This document shows, in pieces, positions 1 to 10,982 of a stretch of 59,608 nt of DNA. The translations under genes and the position numbers were made by a program. The notes under the pieces are model-generated. The model had not been told where the DNA came from and did not search any database. It saw only the letters and a list, made by a program, of their open reading frames with translations. The stretch covers positions 1-59,608 of the forward strand of contig JBCCGI010000051.1 in NCBI GenBank assembly GCA_039029355.1, written 5' to 3'. This DNA is from Planctomycetota bacterium. Its GTDB lineage: Bacteria; Planctomycetota; UBA1135; GCA-002686595. The stretch's first letter is position 1. Every line of letters starts with the position of its first letter.

Positions 1-1
1 G

Positions 2-403
2 TGGCGGACACTCACGCCGCTATGGGGCACTGTGGATGGGAGAAATTGCTCCGCCGCGCCGGCTCCGCAGCCCGCCGCGCCCGCGCAGCGACCCGCGGCC
101 CAACCGCAGCCCGCTCCGGCGGTCCCGGCCCGGCCGGTCGCGCCGCAGGACGACGGCCCGATCGAGGTTCGGCTCGACGAGGAGGAAGCCCCGTCGATGC
201 CGGTCTTCGCGAACGATCCCCCGGCGGAGCCCGGTGGCCCCCAGGCGGACGTCTACGCGCCGCGCGCCGCGCTGCCGGGTCAGCCGGCCGACGAACCGGA
301 GCCGGTGGATGCTCCGGCCGCCTACGGCCGCGCGCTCGACAAGCTGCTGCCCGACACGAACGTCCGCGACGCGATCCAGAACACGCGCGACGGGCAGGGC
401 TAG
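2..403 (+). CDS. C-terminal fragment of a Pro/Ala/Gln-rich hypothetical protein. The gene starts upstream of the window; stop TAG at 401-403.
   Basis: The frame of ORF 32..403 has very high GC3 (aag ctg ctg ccc gac acg aac gtc cgc ...) consistent with coding. There is no in-window start with an RBS. Low-complexity PAPAQ-type sequence. Confidence 0.35.
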   Translation, partial: WRTLTPLWGTVDGRNCSAAPAPQPAAPAQRPAAQPQPAPAVPARPVAPQDDGPIEVRLDEEEAPSMPVFANDPPAEPGGPQADVYAPRAALPGQPADEPEPVDAPAAYGRALDKLLPDTNVRDAIQNTRDGQG

Positions 404-499
404 GCAGCCCGACGCGAGCGGGCCCCGCGCCGCCTGGACGGGGGCCTTCCTACGACACGGCCGCCGCGCCCGCCGAAGTCGGGCGCGGCTCGCCAGGCC

Positions 500-3400
500 T
501 CAGGAGTCCTCGCCGGAGGGCTCCTTCTCCTTGGCGTCGTCCTTGTTCGCGTCGAAGAAGTTCGCGAACGGGTTGTAGGAGACCTTCGTCTTGCCGGCGT
601 TGCGCACCGCCTCGGCATCGTAGTCCTCGCCGCGCTGGCCGCGGCGATCTGCGCCCCGCCGGCCGCCAGGACCGCGTCCCGGACCACCGCCCGGACCACC
701 GCCGGGCTTGCCGCCCGGCTTGCGGCGCTTCGAGCCCTCGGAGCGCGACTTGCCCGAGCCTCCGAGCCCATCGCGACGCGACTGCGCGGCGCGCACGACG
801 CGCTGCGGCTCGGGCCAGTCCGAGCGCTCGCGGCCGCCGCCGCCTCCGCCTCCGCGCCCTTCGGGGCGCTCGCGACGACGCCCGGGTCCGCCCCGGCCGC
901 CCTTCTTGCGCTCCGGCGGGGGCACGTTCTTGAGCGACAGCGTGATGCGCTGCCCACCCGTATCGAGCACGCGCGCGCGCACCGGCTGGCCGATCGAGAG
1001 CACCTCGCGCGCATCGCGCACGTAGCGCGGCGACGCCTCGCTGATGTGGATCAGCCCCTCGCGCGACAGGCCGAGGTCGATGAAGGCCCCGAAGCTGGTC
1101 AGATTCGAGACCAGCCCCTCGATGATCTGCCCCTTCTCGATGGTGGCGGCATCGGTGTCGTGCGGGAGGAAGTTCGGCGGGAAGTACCGCAGGCGCGGAT
1201 CGCGCCCGGGGAACGAAATCTCACGGATCAGGTCGCGCCAGACCGTCTCGTCGACGTCGAAGTCCGCGCGGCGCAGCCCCTTGGTCGCGCCACGCTGCCC
1301 CAGCGCGTCCTCGACGGTGTTGCCGGTCGACTCGATCAGCCGCCGCGCGAGCGGGTACTGATCCGGGTGCAGGCCGGTGCGGTCGAGCGGCTCGGGCGAC
1401 CCGCTCACGCGCAGGAACGCGACGCAGCTCACCCACTGGGCCTCGGTCAAGAGGCCCGAGCTGCGGAGCTCTTCGCGCGACTCGATCGACTTGTTGTCGC
1501 GGTACTCGACGATCTTGGTCGCCGTCTCGAAGTCCAGCCCGGGCAGCCGGCGGAGGATCGACACCGGCGCGCGGTTCACGTCGCAGCCGATGTAGGCGAT
1601 GGCCGACTCGACGGTCTCCTGCAGGGTGCGCCGGAGGTTCGCCTTGCTGACGAGCCCGGCCTCCATGCCGAGGCCGAGGTTGCGTGGGTCGACCTTCAAC
1701 ACCTCGAGCAGGAGGTCCTGCATGCGCCGCCCAAGGCTCACCGCCATGCGGGCGGGGACGCTGAGGTCGGCCAGCTCCTTGCGGGCGAGCTCGGAGTTGG
1801 CGTAGTTCGTCAGGCCCGCCTCGTGGACGATGCACACGTCGCCCTCGCCGCCGAGCATCCGGATGCACTCGCGGATCCGCGGCACCTGGGCCAGCGAGCC
1901 CTTGCCGTGGCCGACCGCCACCGTGCGCACGCCGGTCCCGCGCAGCGCGTTGCCCAGCTCTTCGGCCAGGGCCATCGCCTCCTTGTCGCGGGTCTCGATC
2001 TTGATCTCGGCCGAGGCCGGCTCGCCGTCGGCGCCCACGAGAACCAGGATCCAGTCCTGCTTGGCGTTGATCGTGAGCCCCGCCACCGCACGCTGCCCGC
2101 CGACCGGCGAGAGCAGGATCTGGCGTAGGTGCTGCGCGAGGAAGCGCAGGGCCTCCTCGTCGCCGCGCTCCTTCAGCTCGAGGCGCACGTCGCCCTCGAT
2201 CATCGGGAAGAGCCGCCGCAGCAGGGCCTGCTCGGCAACCGCGTGCACGACGCCCTCGAACTCGGGGTCGAGACGGCGGCCGAGCGTCTGCTGCACCCGC
2301 GGCAGGATGACCTTGGGATCGAGCGCGATCGCCGTGGTGATCGCGCGGTCCTTCTGGGCCTGGCGGATCTGCAGCAGCTTGCGCCCCTGCAGTTGGCGGA
2401 TCGGCTCCTTGATCTTCAGCAGCGAGCGGTGCCGCTGAAGGCGCGACTCGTCGCCGGTCGAACGGACGCTGAGCACGCCGTGCTTGCGCATCGCCTTGCG
2501 CACCGCGCGTCGCAGGCCCGGGTCGCGGCCGAGGCGGTCGGAGAGGACGCGCATCGCGCCGGCGAGCGCCTCCTGCTCGGTGTGCACGCCGCGGTCGGGG
2601 CGCACGAACTCACCGCAGAGGAGCGCGAGCTTGGGCGTGATGTCGACCTGATCCTTGAAGACCGGAAGCTCCGCCCCCAGGCCCTCGGCGGAAGCCACGG
2701 CCTCGGCCGGCGCCGCCTCGTCGGAGGTCGCAGCCGGGGCGGCGGCCTCTCCGTCCGGAGCGGGAGCCGCCTCGGACGCGGGCGCTCCCGGCACCGCGGC
2801 TTCGGGATCGGACGCGGGCGCTTCCGGCGCCGCGGCTTCGGGAGCCGTTGCGCCCGGCGTCTCCGCCTCGGGCGCGGGCGCCGCGGTCGGCACCGCTTCG
2901 GCGGCGGGCGCGCCGCCCTCCGTCGCGGAGGCCTCTGCGGCCGGCGCTTGCGCGGGCTCGTCCGTCGCGCTGGGTACTTCCGATGCCTCGGGGGCCTCGG
3001 GGACCTCAGGCGCGTCGGGCGTTTCGGGCGGGGCAGCCGCCGCATCGTCTCCCGCCGGCGGTGTCGCGTCGGCGCTCGCCTCGGCCGGGGCCGGTGCGCC
3101 GTCGGCAGCCGGCGCGGACGCGCCTTCCTCGTCGCCCTTGCCGCGTCCTCTGCGCTCCTTCGGAAGCGGCGCGAGGATCCGGTCGGCGAGCTCGCCGAGA
3201 CCGCGGTCGAGGGCAAGCTGCACCTCGGGCTCCGGCCGGCGGTGCGGCAGGAACAGATCCTCGATCTCGAAGCGGTCCATGCACGCGCGGATCTCGGGGA
3301 ACGCGGTCTCTTCCTCCGCGCTCTGCTCCTTCTCGCCCCGACCGGTCAGCATCCGCAGGATGGTTCCGCGGCGGCGATCGAGCTCGTCCAGCGCCTTGCG

Positions 3401-3574
3401 CTGGCGGTCGATGCGCCGGACCACGTTTTCGGTCAGGCGGGTATCGCCGCGCCGGAAGCGACCGATATAGGTCGACGTCAGGCCGGCGTCGAGCATCTCC
3501 AGGACGCTCCGGATCGCGTCGGCGTCGGTGGCGAATTCCTTCGCAAGCGTCTCGACGATGGCAGCTCGGGTCAC
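500..3574 (-). CDS. tex: Tex-like transcription accessory protein (YqgF/HhH/S1 domains), 1024 aa. It carries an internal ~170-aa Ala/Pro/Glu-rich insertion and a C-terminal Gly/Arg-rich tail.
   Basis: N-terminus MTRAAIVETLAKEF...RFRRGDTRL is typical of Tex. HhH region LRRLPGLDFETATKIVEYR. S1 domain GQIIEGLVSNLTSFGAFIDLG...GLIHISE. GTG start at 3574 is preceded by GGGAGG (revcomp of cctccc at 3578-3583). Confidence 0.85.
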   Translation of the reverse strand: MTRAAIVETLAKEFATDADAIRSVLEMLDAGLTSTYIGRFRRGDTRLTENVVRRIDRQRKALDELDRRRGTILRMLTGRGEKEQSAEEETAFPEIRACMDRFEIEDLFLPHRRPEPEVQLALDRGLGELADRILAPLPKERRGRGKGDEEGASAPAADGAPAPAEASADATPPAGDDAAAAPPETPDAPEVPEAPEASEVPSATDEPAQAPAAEASATEGGAPAAEAVPTAAPAPEAETPGATAPEAAAPEAPASDPEAAVPGAPASEAAPAPDGEAAAPAATSDEAAPAEAVASAEGLGAELPVFKDQVDITPKLALLCGEFVRPDRGVHTEQEALAGAMRVLSDRLGRDPGLRRAVRKAMRKHGVLSVRSTGDESRLQRHRSLLKIKEPIRQLQGRKLLQIRQAQKDRAITTAIALDPKVILPRVQQTLGRRLDPEFEGVVHAVAEQALLRRLFPMIEGDVRLELKERGDEEALRFLAQHLRQILLSPVGGQRAVAGLTINAKQDWILVLVGADGEPASAEIKIETRDKEAMALAEELGNALRGTGVRTVAVGHGKGSLAQVPRIRECIRMLGGEGDVCIVHEAGLTNYANSELARKELADLSVPARMAVSLGRRMQDLLLEVLKVDPRNLGLGMEAGLVSKANLRRTLQETVESAIAYIGCDVNRAPVSILRRLPGLDFETATKIVEYRDNKSIESREELRSSGLLTEAQWVSCVAFLRVSGSPEPLDRTGLHPDQYPLARRLIESTGNTVEDALGQRGATKGLRRADFDVDETVWRDLIREISFPGRDPRLRYFPPNFLPHDTDAATIEKGQIIEGLVSNLTSFGAFIDLGLSREGLIHISEASPRYVRDAREVLSIGQPVRARVLDTGGQRITLSLKNVPPPERKKGGRGGPGRRRERPEGRGGGGGGGRERSDWPEPQRVVRAAQSRRDGLGGSGKSRSEGSKRRKPGGKPGGGPGGGPGRGPGGRRGADRRGQRGEDYDAEAVRNAGKTKVSYNPFANFFDANKDDAKEKEPSGEDS

Positions 3575-3582
3575 GGTCCTCC

Positions 3583-3603
3583 CTCTCTCTCTCTATTGGG
3601 GGG
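3583..3603. repeat. (CT)6 microsatellite followed by a G6 tract, immediately upstream of the tex SD and start.
   Basis: ctctctctctct at 3583-3594, gggggg at 3598-3603. Confidence 0.6.
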
Positions 3604-3720
3604 TAGCGTGCTTTCGGGGGCTCCACATCCTACCCGGGCCCCCGGATTCAGGGGAATCCGCGCGCGAACGGCCGGCTCGCGGTTCAGAGCGGGGCATGGT
3701 GGGAGCGGATGAGGACCGGC

Positions 3721-4302
3721 TCAGATCCCGACGATGCGGATGAGCTCACGCCCAAAGCGGAAGCCCGCAGCGTCGTCGAAGGCGGTCACGATGTGCTTGT
3801 CGCGCTCGACCTGCACGCCGGTGTACTTGGCTCCGGCGTCGCGCAGCGCGCCGGCGATCGACGGGTCGCCGGTAACCTTACGGCCCTTCACCACGCCAGC
3901 CCGCGCCAGCAGCGCGGCGGAATGGCCCCAGGCCCCGATCAGCTTCTCGGCGGCGTCGGCCTCGCGCACCAGGCGCAGGGCGTCGGGGTGGTCGACCAGC
4001 TCGAGCGCACCCTCGCCCCCGCACAGCAGGATCCCGGAGTACGCGTCCATGGTCTCGCCCTCGATGCGGCCGTCGACCTGGAACTCGTCCTGCATCTCGC
4101 CGTGGATGAGGTCCTCGTCTTTGGTCGAGACCGAGCGGGTGCCGACGTGAACGTTGTAAAGGGACGAGCGCGCGTAGCGGAGGGTGGTCTCGGCGTAGCT
4201 GCGCTCGGGAACGACGACCAGGACGGTGCTGACGTACTTCTGGACCTTCAGTCCGTACTCGTCGACGTCGTCGCCGGCCTCGGGTGCTTCCTTCTCGGCC
4301 AT
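3721..4302 (-). CDS. DJ-1/PfpI family protein (class-I glutamine amidotransferase-like fold).
   Basis: ORF 3721..4377 trimmed to the internal ATG (MAEKEAPEAGDD...). The motif GILLCGGEGALEL...AWGHSAALLARAGV is DJ-1/ThiJ-like. Its start sits 2 nt from the stop of the upstream gene. Confidence 0.75.
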   Translation of the reverse strand: MAEKEAPEAGDDVDEYGLKVQKYVSTVLVVVPERSYAETTLRYARSSLYNVHVGTRSVSTKDEDLIHGEMQDEFQVDGRIEGETMDAYSGILLCGGEGALELVDHPDALRLVREADAAEKLIGAWGHSAALLARAGVVKGRKVTGDPSIAGALRDAGAKYTGVQVERDKHIVTAFDDAAGFRFGRELIRIVGI

Positions 4303-4304
4303 GG

Positions 4305-5270
4305 TTAGTCGGGGATCTCGAAGACGGAGACGCGCGTCTCCTCCGCGAGGAGACCTGCGCCCTGGGAAACGTGCCAAGCGATGTGCTCGTCGAGCCCGGG
4401 CACCGTGACCTCGCCGAGCTGCCGCCCGGTGAGCACGTCGCGCACGTCGAGCAGCGAATCGCGCGCCACGTAGAGCTTGCCGTCGTCCAGACGGATGCTG
4501 ACGTCGGGCATGCCGCCAAGGCCCTCCTCGGGGATCGGGTCGCGCCAGAGGACGGTGCCGTCCTCGGTGGTCGAGACGCCGAGCAGGAAGAGGCGCTCCT
4601 GCGCCGCGGCACGCTTGAGGCCTTCACCGACCAGCAGCACCGCGACGCCGCCGCCCACGGCCATGTCATGCACGACCGCGAGCTCGGGCGGAAGCAGCTC
4701 GCTGACGAACTCGCCGCTCTCGACCTCGACGCGCAGCACGCCTTGGCGCTTGGCCTTGTTGTCGGTGTACAGCACAAAGACGTGCGCGCCGTCGCGGCCG
4801 AGCAGGTGGTAGCGCTCGCCTTCGCGGCGGAAGCTCCACACCTCGAGCATCGGCCCCGTCAGCAGGCCGGTGACCCGCCCGGGCGTGAGCGTCATGCACA
4901 GATCGCCGCCGACGACCGCTTGGTCGAAGGGCTCGATCGACTCGGCGCCGAGCAGCTCACCCGAGCTGAGCGACATGCGCGCGATCAGGTGCCCACCGCT
5001 GCCGGGGCCGAGCACGACCACGTCGTCCTCGTCGCCGAGGCCGGCGCCGAAGCCGCGGCCGTAGCCGACCTCGCAGGGAGAGACCCAAAGCTCCTTCCCC
5101 GACTGGCGGTCGTAGGCACCGAGCCGGCCGGGGATCACATCGTCCTTCCATTTCCCGCCCGCGGGCGGGGTGTACCCGTGGAGCAGGAGCGGGCCGGTAT
5201 CGCCGAGGGCGATGCCGTCGATCTCCCCGTCCATCTCGCGGGTCCAGCGGCGTCGCGCGGTCCTGAGCAT
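4305..5270 (-). CDS. PQQ-like / BamB-like beta-propeller repeat protein with no obvious signal peptide.
   Basis: ORF 4305..5522 trimmed to MLRTARRRW (ATG at 5270). Repeated xDxxSGKELW / LDVRDVLTGRQLG blades. Sits 31 nt downstream of the EF-G stop. Confidence 0.55.
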   Translation of the reverse strand: MLRTARRRWTREMDGEIDGIALGDTGPLLLHGYTPPAGGKWKDDVIPGRLGAYDRQSGKELWVSPCEVGYGRGFGAGLGDEDDVVVLGPGSGGHLIARMSLSSGELLGAESIEPFDQAVVGGDLCMTLTPGRVTGLLTGPMLEVWSFRREGERYHLLGRDGAHVFVLYTDNKAKRQGVLRVEVESGEFVSELLPPELAVVHDMAVGGGVAVLLVGEGLKRAAAQERLFLLGVSTTEDGTVLWRDPIPEEGLGGMPDVSIRLDDGKLYVARDSLLDVRDVLTGRQLGEVTVPGLDEHIAWHVSQGAGLLAEETRVSVFEIPD

Positions 5271-5301
5271 GGGCGGGAATCCTAGCGGAAGCGGAGACGG
5301 G

Positions 5302-7410
<2,109 letters not shown>

Positions 7411-7528
7411 CGGAAGGAGGGTGCGCCGAGGCGCGTTTTGCAGGTCTCCGCGGGGGGCGGAGTAGGGGTATGTGGAGAGTTTGAGACGGGACGTCGAGCC
7501 CAACAGCGTAGCGACACCCGCCTAGCCG

Positions 7529-8520
7529 TCAACGGGGCTTTTCGATCCTGACCCGCTCTCCGGTGTGTCGCCCCCCTGCGAGGCCCCCCCGCGGGACGCC
7601 GCGCGCGACGGTCCGGCCGCCCGACGCGTAGCCCCGGAACTCCAGCGGAATGCCCTCGCCACGCCGCAAATCGGGCGTTGCCTGCAGATGGAGGCCCAAA
7701 TGCGGCTCGGGAGTGAGGGGCGAGCGCGCCGAGAACCCGACCCGCGCCAAGACCTGGCCGGGCTCGACCAGATCCCCCACCGCGACCGCCAAGGAGTTTT
7801 GTTGAAGACCGATTAAGAAGAGGTACTCGCCGTCGGCGACCCGCAGGACGACGTGGTTTCCGTAGGGCTCGCCGGTCGCCGCGGCGGCTCCCGCCGCTCG
7901 ATCCGGCTCGCCGTCGTGGACCGCCACGACCTCGCCGGCGGCCGGCGCGAGCACCGCCTCGCCCAGGCAGAGCGAGCCCCCGGCGCCGCCGCTCGCGCCC
8001 TCGTCGTCACAGCGGACGAAGTCGTAGCCGAAGCGGCGGTCGGGGTAGAGCACGAGCGCGTTCTGGGGCCCCTTCTTGCCGCCCCAGCGCACGGTCCACT
8101 CGCCCTCGAACGGCAGCCGGAACGCCACCGCGCTCGGGTGCCCCTCGAACGACGACGGGTAGGCCAGGGGGTAGGCGCAGAACCACACCGAGGCGCCGAG
8201 GCTGAGGAACGCTCCCAGCCGAGCACGCTGCAGCACCGGCCGGCGGAAGAGGCTCCACCCGATCCCGACCAGCAGCGTCACCGCGCCCAGCAGGAAGAGC
8301 ACGAGCCGCCCGACGGTGTAGGCGTCGATCGGGCCGGTGCCGCCGGGGCGCAGCCCCAGGTAAAGGAAGAGCACCGCGGTCGCCGCCGCGATCAGGAAGG
8401 CAAACCAGGCCCAGGGCTCCGGCCCGGCGCGTCCCGGTCCGCTGAGGACCTGCTCCCAGGCCGCGTCGCCCGGGCGGCCCGACCGGCCCGGGCGCGCGCT
8501 GCGACGCGACGCGCTCACGC
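7529..8520 (-). CDS. Membrane-anchored M23 (LytM-type) metallopeptidase.
   Basis: Four predicted N-terminal TM helices, then GNHVVLRVADGEYLFLIGLQQNS...GQVLARVG...HLGLHLQ (M23 H-x-H). GTG start (VSASRRS) overlaps the upstream stop as GTGA. A longer reading up to 8692 is possible. Confidence 0.7.
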
Positions 8521-9717
8521 CTCGCGCTCCGCGTCGGGCCGGTTGCGTCCGAGCGCCTCGTGCGCCGCGACGAACTCGTGCGTGCAGAACGAAGCCATCA
8601 GCGAGAGGTCCCCCGCGAGCACCGTCGCGGCCAGCATCTCGGCGAAGGTGTTCGCGCCACCGTCGCCGCGCACGCCGAGGATGTCGAGGCACTCGGCCGC
8701 GGTGCCCTTGCCCGAGCCGCCGCCGACGGTACCGACGAGCAGCGCCGGCAGCGTCGCCGACGCCTGCAGGTCGCCGCGCTCGTCGACGTCGAAGTCGAGC
8801 AGGCCCACCGCGCTCTCGGCGACGTAGGCCACGTCCTGGCCGCAGGCGAGCAGCACCGCGGCCAGGCCGTTCGCCACCTGCACGAGGTGGTTGTGCGTGC
8901 CGAGGTGCGCGAAGCCCACCGCGTAGGAGCGCTGAATCCGCACCAGGTCCTCGGGCTCGACCCGCAGGATGCGCCGCAGAGCCTCGCGCGGCACGCGCGC
9001 GTCGGCCACCACGGTTCGGCCGCGGCCGTCGAGCAGCGCGCGCGCGTTGGCGCGCTTCTCGACGTCCTCGCCGTGCACGTAGCGCTCGCGCGCGCCGGTG
9101 CGGGCGGCGAGGTCGGCGGCGATCAGATCGGTGGCGCGCGCGGCCATGTTGATGCCGATCGCATCGCCGGTCGTGAACGTGAGAGCGAGCACGAGGCGGC
9201 GCCCCAGCACGTGGGTCCGCACCTCGGCTAGGGCCCCGTGGCGGGTGATTCCGGCGACCGTGGCGCGCCAGGCCTCCAGGCTGCCGTCCGCCTCGCGCGC
9301 CGCCACCTGAGCTGCGGCCACGTCGGCGTAGACCAGGATCGGCGCCTGGGTGAGCCCCTCCTTCAGCACCCGCGCTCGGACCGCGCCGCCGGCCGCGAGG
9401 GCCTTCATGCCGCGGCTGTACGAGGCGACCATGGCCCCCTCGTTGGTGGCCATCGGCACGTAGACCGTCCGCTCCCCGGCGCTCCCGTCGATCGCGAGCG
9501 GGCCGGCTAGGCCGACCGGGACCTGCACGAAGCCGATCGGGTTCTCGATATTGCCGCGCGCCTCGGCGGGCGGGACCGGGGCCCCAGCCAGATGCGGCAG
9601 CGGGCGGCCGGCGAGGCGCTCACACAGCCGCAGACGCTCCGCGACGATCGCGGGCGCGTAGTCGTCTTCGGCCGAGCGCGGGACCTTCGCGGCCGGCGTC
9701 GAAGGATCGCCGTCCAT
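8515..9717 (-). CDS. Class-I hydroxymethylglutaryl-CoA reductase catalytic domain (mevalonate pathway), 400 aa.
   Basis: ENPIGFVQVPVGLAGPLAIDG (ENVIGxxxxPxGxAGPL motif), TGDAIGINM (TGDAMGMNM motif), GTVGGG. No other mevalonate genes lie in the window. Confidence 0.85.
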   Translation of the reverse strand: MDGDPSTPAAKVPRSAEDDYAPAIVAERLRLCERLAGRPLPHLAGAPVPPAEARGNIENPIGFVQVPVGLAGPLAIDGSAGERTVYVPMATNEGAMVASYSRGMKALAAGGAVRARVLKEGLTQAPILVYADVAAAQVAAREADGSLEAWRATVAGITRHGALAEVRTHVLGRRLVLALTFTTGDAIGINMAARATDLIAADLAARTGARERYVHGEDVEKRANARALLDGRGRTVVADARVPREALRRILRVEPEDLVRIQRSYAVGFAHLGTHNHLVQVANGLAAVLLACGQDVAYVAESAVGLLDFDVDERGDLQASATLPALLVGTVGGGSGKGTAAECLDILGVRGDGGANTFAEMLAATVLAGDLSLMASFCTHEFVAAHEALGRNRPDAEREA

Positions 9718-9737
9718 CGCCCGCGGTGCTCGCGTCG

Positions 9738-10811
9738 CTAGGAACCGAGGAGCGAGAAGCCGAGCTCGAAGCGCGCTCCCTCGAGCGCGTCCGCGTCACT
9801 CCCGACGTCCTGATACAGCAGCGACCAGCGGCCGGCCGGGCCGAAGGGCGTGTACCAGACGAGACCGACCGACGAGCGCGACGAGTCGAGCGAGTCGTCG
9901 AACTCCTCCCAGCGCGCGAGAAGCTCCCACTCGTCTTCGCCGAAGAGGTAGCCGACCGTGACGGTCGCCGGCGTGGTGTCGGCCTTGGTGGTGCCGAGGA
10001 TGTTGTCGAAGTCGAGGCCCGACGTCGCGTCGTAGTCCTCGGCGTACTGCACCATGTCGGCACGCACGCTGAGACCGTCGACGACCAGGCCGACGTCGCC
10101 CGCGACCGCGCTGCCGTCCGAGACCGCGCCGTCGTCGAGGAAGCCGACGCCGACGGTGAGCTGGGTGCCCTCGCTGTAGCCGTAGGCGCCGTGGTCGCGG
10201 CCGAAGGCGCCGTCGCCGATCACGTCCCACTCGGCACGGCCGATCAGGCGGAAGTCGTCGCCGGTGCCGTCGGCGCCGTTCTGGGCCGAAAGCAGCCAGC
10301 GGAAGGAGCCGAGGCCGCTCTCGAACATGATGCCCGGAGTCCGGTCATCGGTCTCGTCGCCGGTGATCGGCAGGTCGAGGAAACGGTCGTAGAAGCGGTT
10401 GCTGCGCCCGCTCCAGAGCAGCGGGCCCTTGTACTGGCCGAAGTAGAGCGTCGACGCCTCGGAGACGTTCCACGAGGCGTAGGCGTCGACCAGCTCCATC
10501 GTGCCGTCGGACATCTCGCCCGAGATGAAGTAGTTGGTGTCGCCGACCGAGCCCGAGAACAGGAGCCGCGCCCGGCGGAGGACCGTGCCGCTGAGGTCCT
10601 TGCCACCCGAGCTGAAGACGTCGTCCTCCGAGTACTGCTGGGTGATGACCATCTCCAGCCCGAAGTTCGGCCCGGTCTCGTCCTGCGCCGACAGCGCCGA
10701 CGTCATCCCCTGGAGCTCGCGGTCGAGCTTGAGCCACTCGTTGTTCGAGTCCTCGCTTCCGGTGAGGGCGGCGGTCGGGGCCAGCAGGACGGCAGCGGAG
10801 AGGTGGATCAT
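9738..10811 (-). CDS. Secreted beta-barrel outer-membrane porin-like protein (possibly phosphate-selective porin O/P-like).
   Basis: Signal peptide MIHLSAAVLLAPTAALTG. Alternating hydrophobic/Gly/Asp-rich beta-strand pattern. Ends near ...FELGFSLLGS. Assignment is by pattern only. Confidence 0.4.
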   Translation of the reverse strand: MIHLSAAVLLAPTAALTGSEDSNNEWLKLDRELQGMTSALSAQDETGPNFGLEMVITQQYSEDDVFSSGGKDLSGTVLRRARLLFSGSVGDTNYFISGEMSDGTMELVDAYASWNVSEASTLYFGQYKGPLLWSGRSNRFYDRFLDLPITGDETDDRTPGIMFESGLGSFRWLLSAQNGADGTGDDFRLIGRAEWDVIGDGAFGRDHGAYGYSEGTQLTVGVGFLDDGAVSDGSAVAGDVGLVVDGLSVRADMVQYAEDYDATSGLDFDNILGTTKADTTPATVTVGYLFGEDEWELLARWEEFDDSLDSSRSSVGLVWYTPFGPAGRWSLLYQDVGSDADALEGARFELGFSLLGS

Positions 10812-10931
10812 TAATCGGGGGACGGTCTGGGAGCTGGGCTCAGGGCCGTCCGGCAGGGGGCCGGAGGCGCTGGCTAGGAGCTTTCGGAGGGTGGAGAATC
10901 TAGCGACTGGGCGCCGGAATCCAAGCGATCG

Positions 10932-10967
10932 GGGGCTTCGGGGGCCCCGGGGCGCCCCCGAAGCCCC
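10932..10967. terminator. Perfect 13-bp GC hairpin between the S9 peptidase stop and the porin-like gene start (putative intrinsic terminator or attenuator).
   Basis: GGGGCTTCGGGGG - 10 nt - CCCCCGAAGCCCC. No clean U-tract on either strand. Confidence 0.35.
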
Positions 10968-10982
10968 TCTGGGAGCGGATTT

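Noticed and set aside
1-933. 310-aa + strand ORF (Arg/Ala/Pro-rich) and similar long ORFs antisense to tex (1046..2128, 2129..3712, 2416..3216, etc.).
   Set aside because: Typical high-GC antisense artefacts. Composition is dominated by R/A/P/G. They overlap the well-supported Tex CDS and have no domain motifs.
7529-8692. Longer 387-aa version of the M23 peptidase ORF.
   Set aside because: It would overlap 170 nt of the HMG-CoA reductase 3' end in another frame. The GTGA-coupled GTG start at about 8520 is more economical, though not proven.
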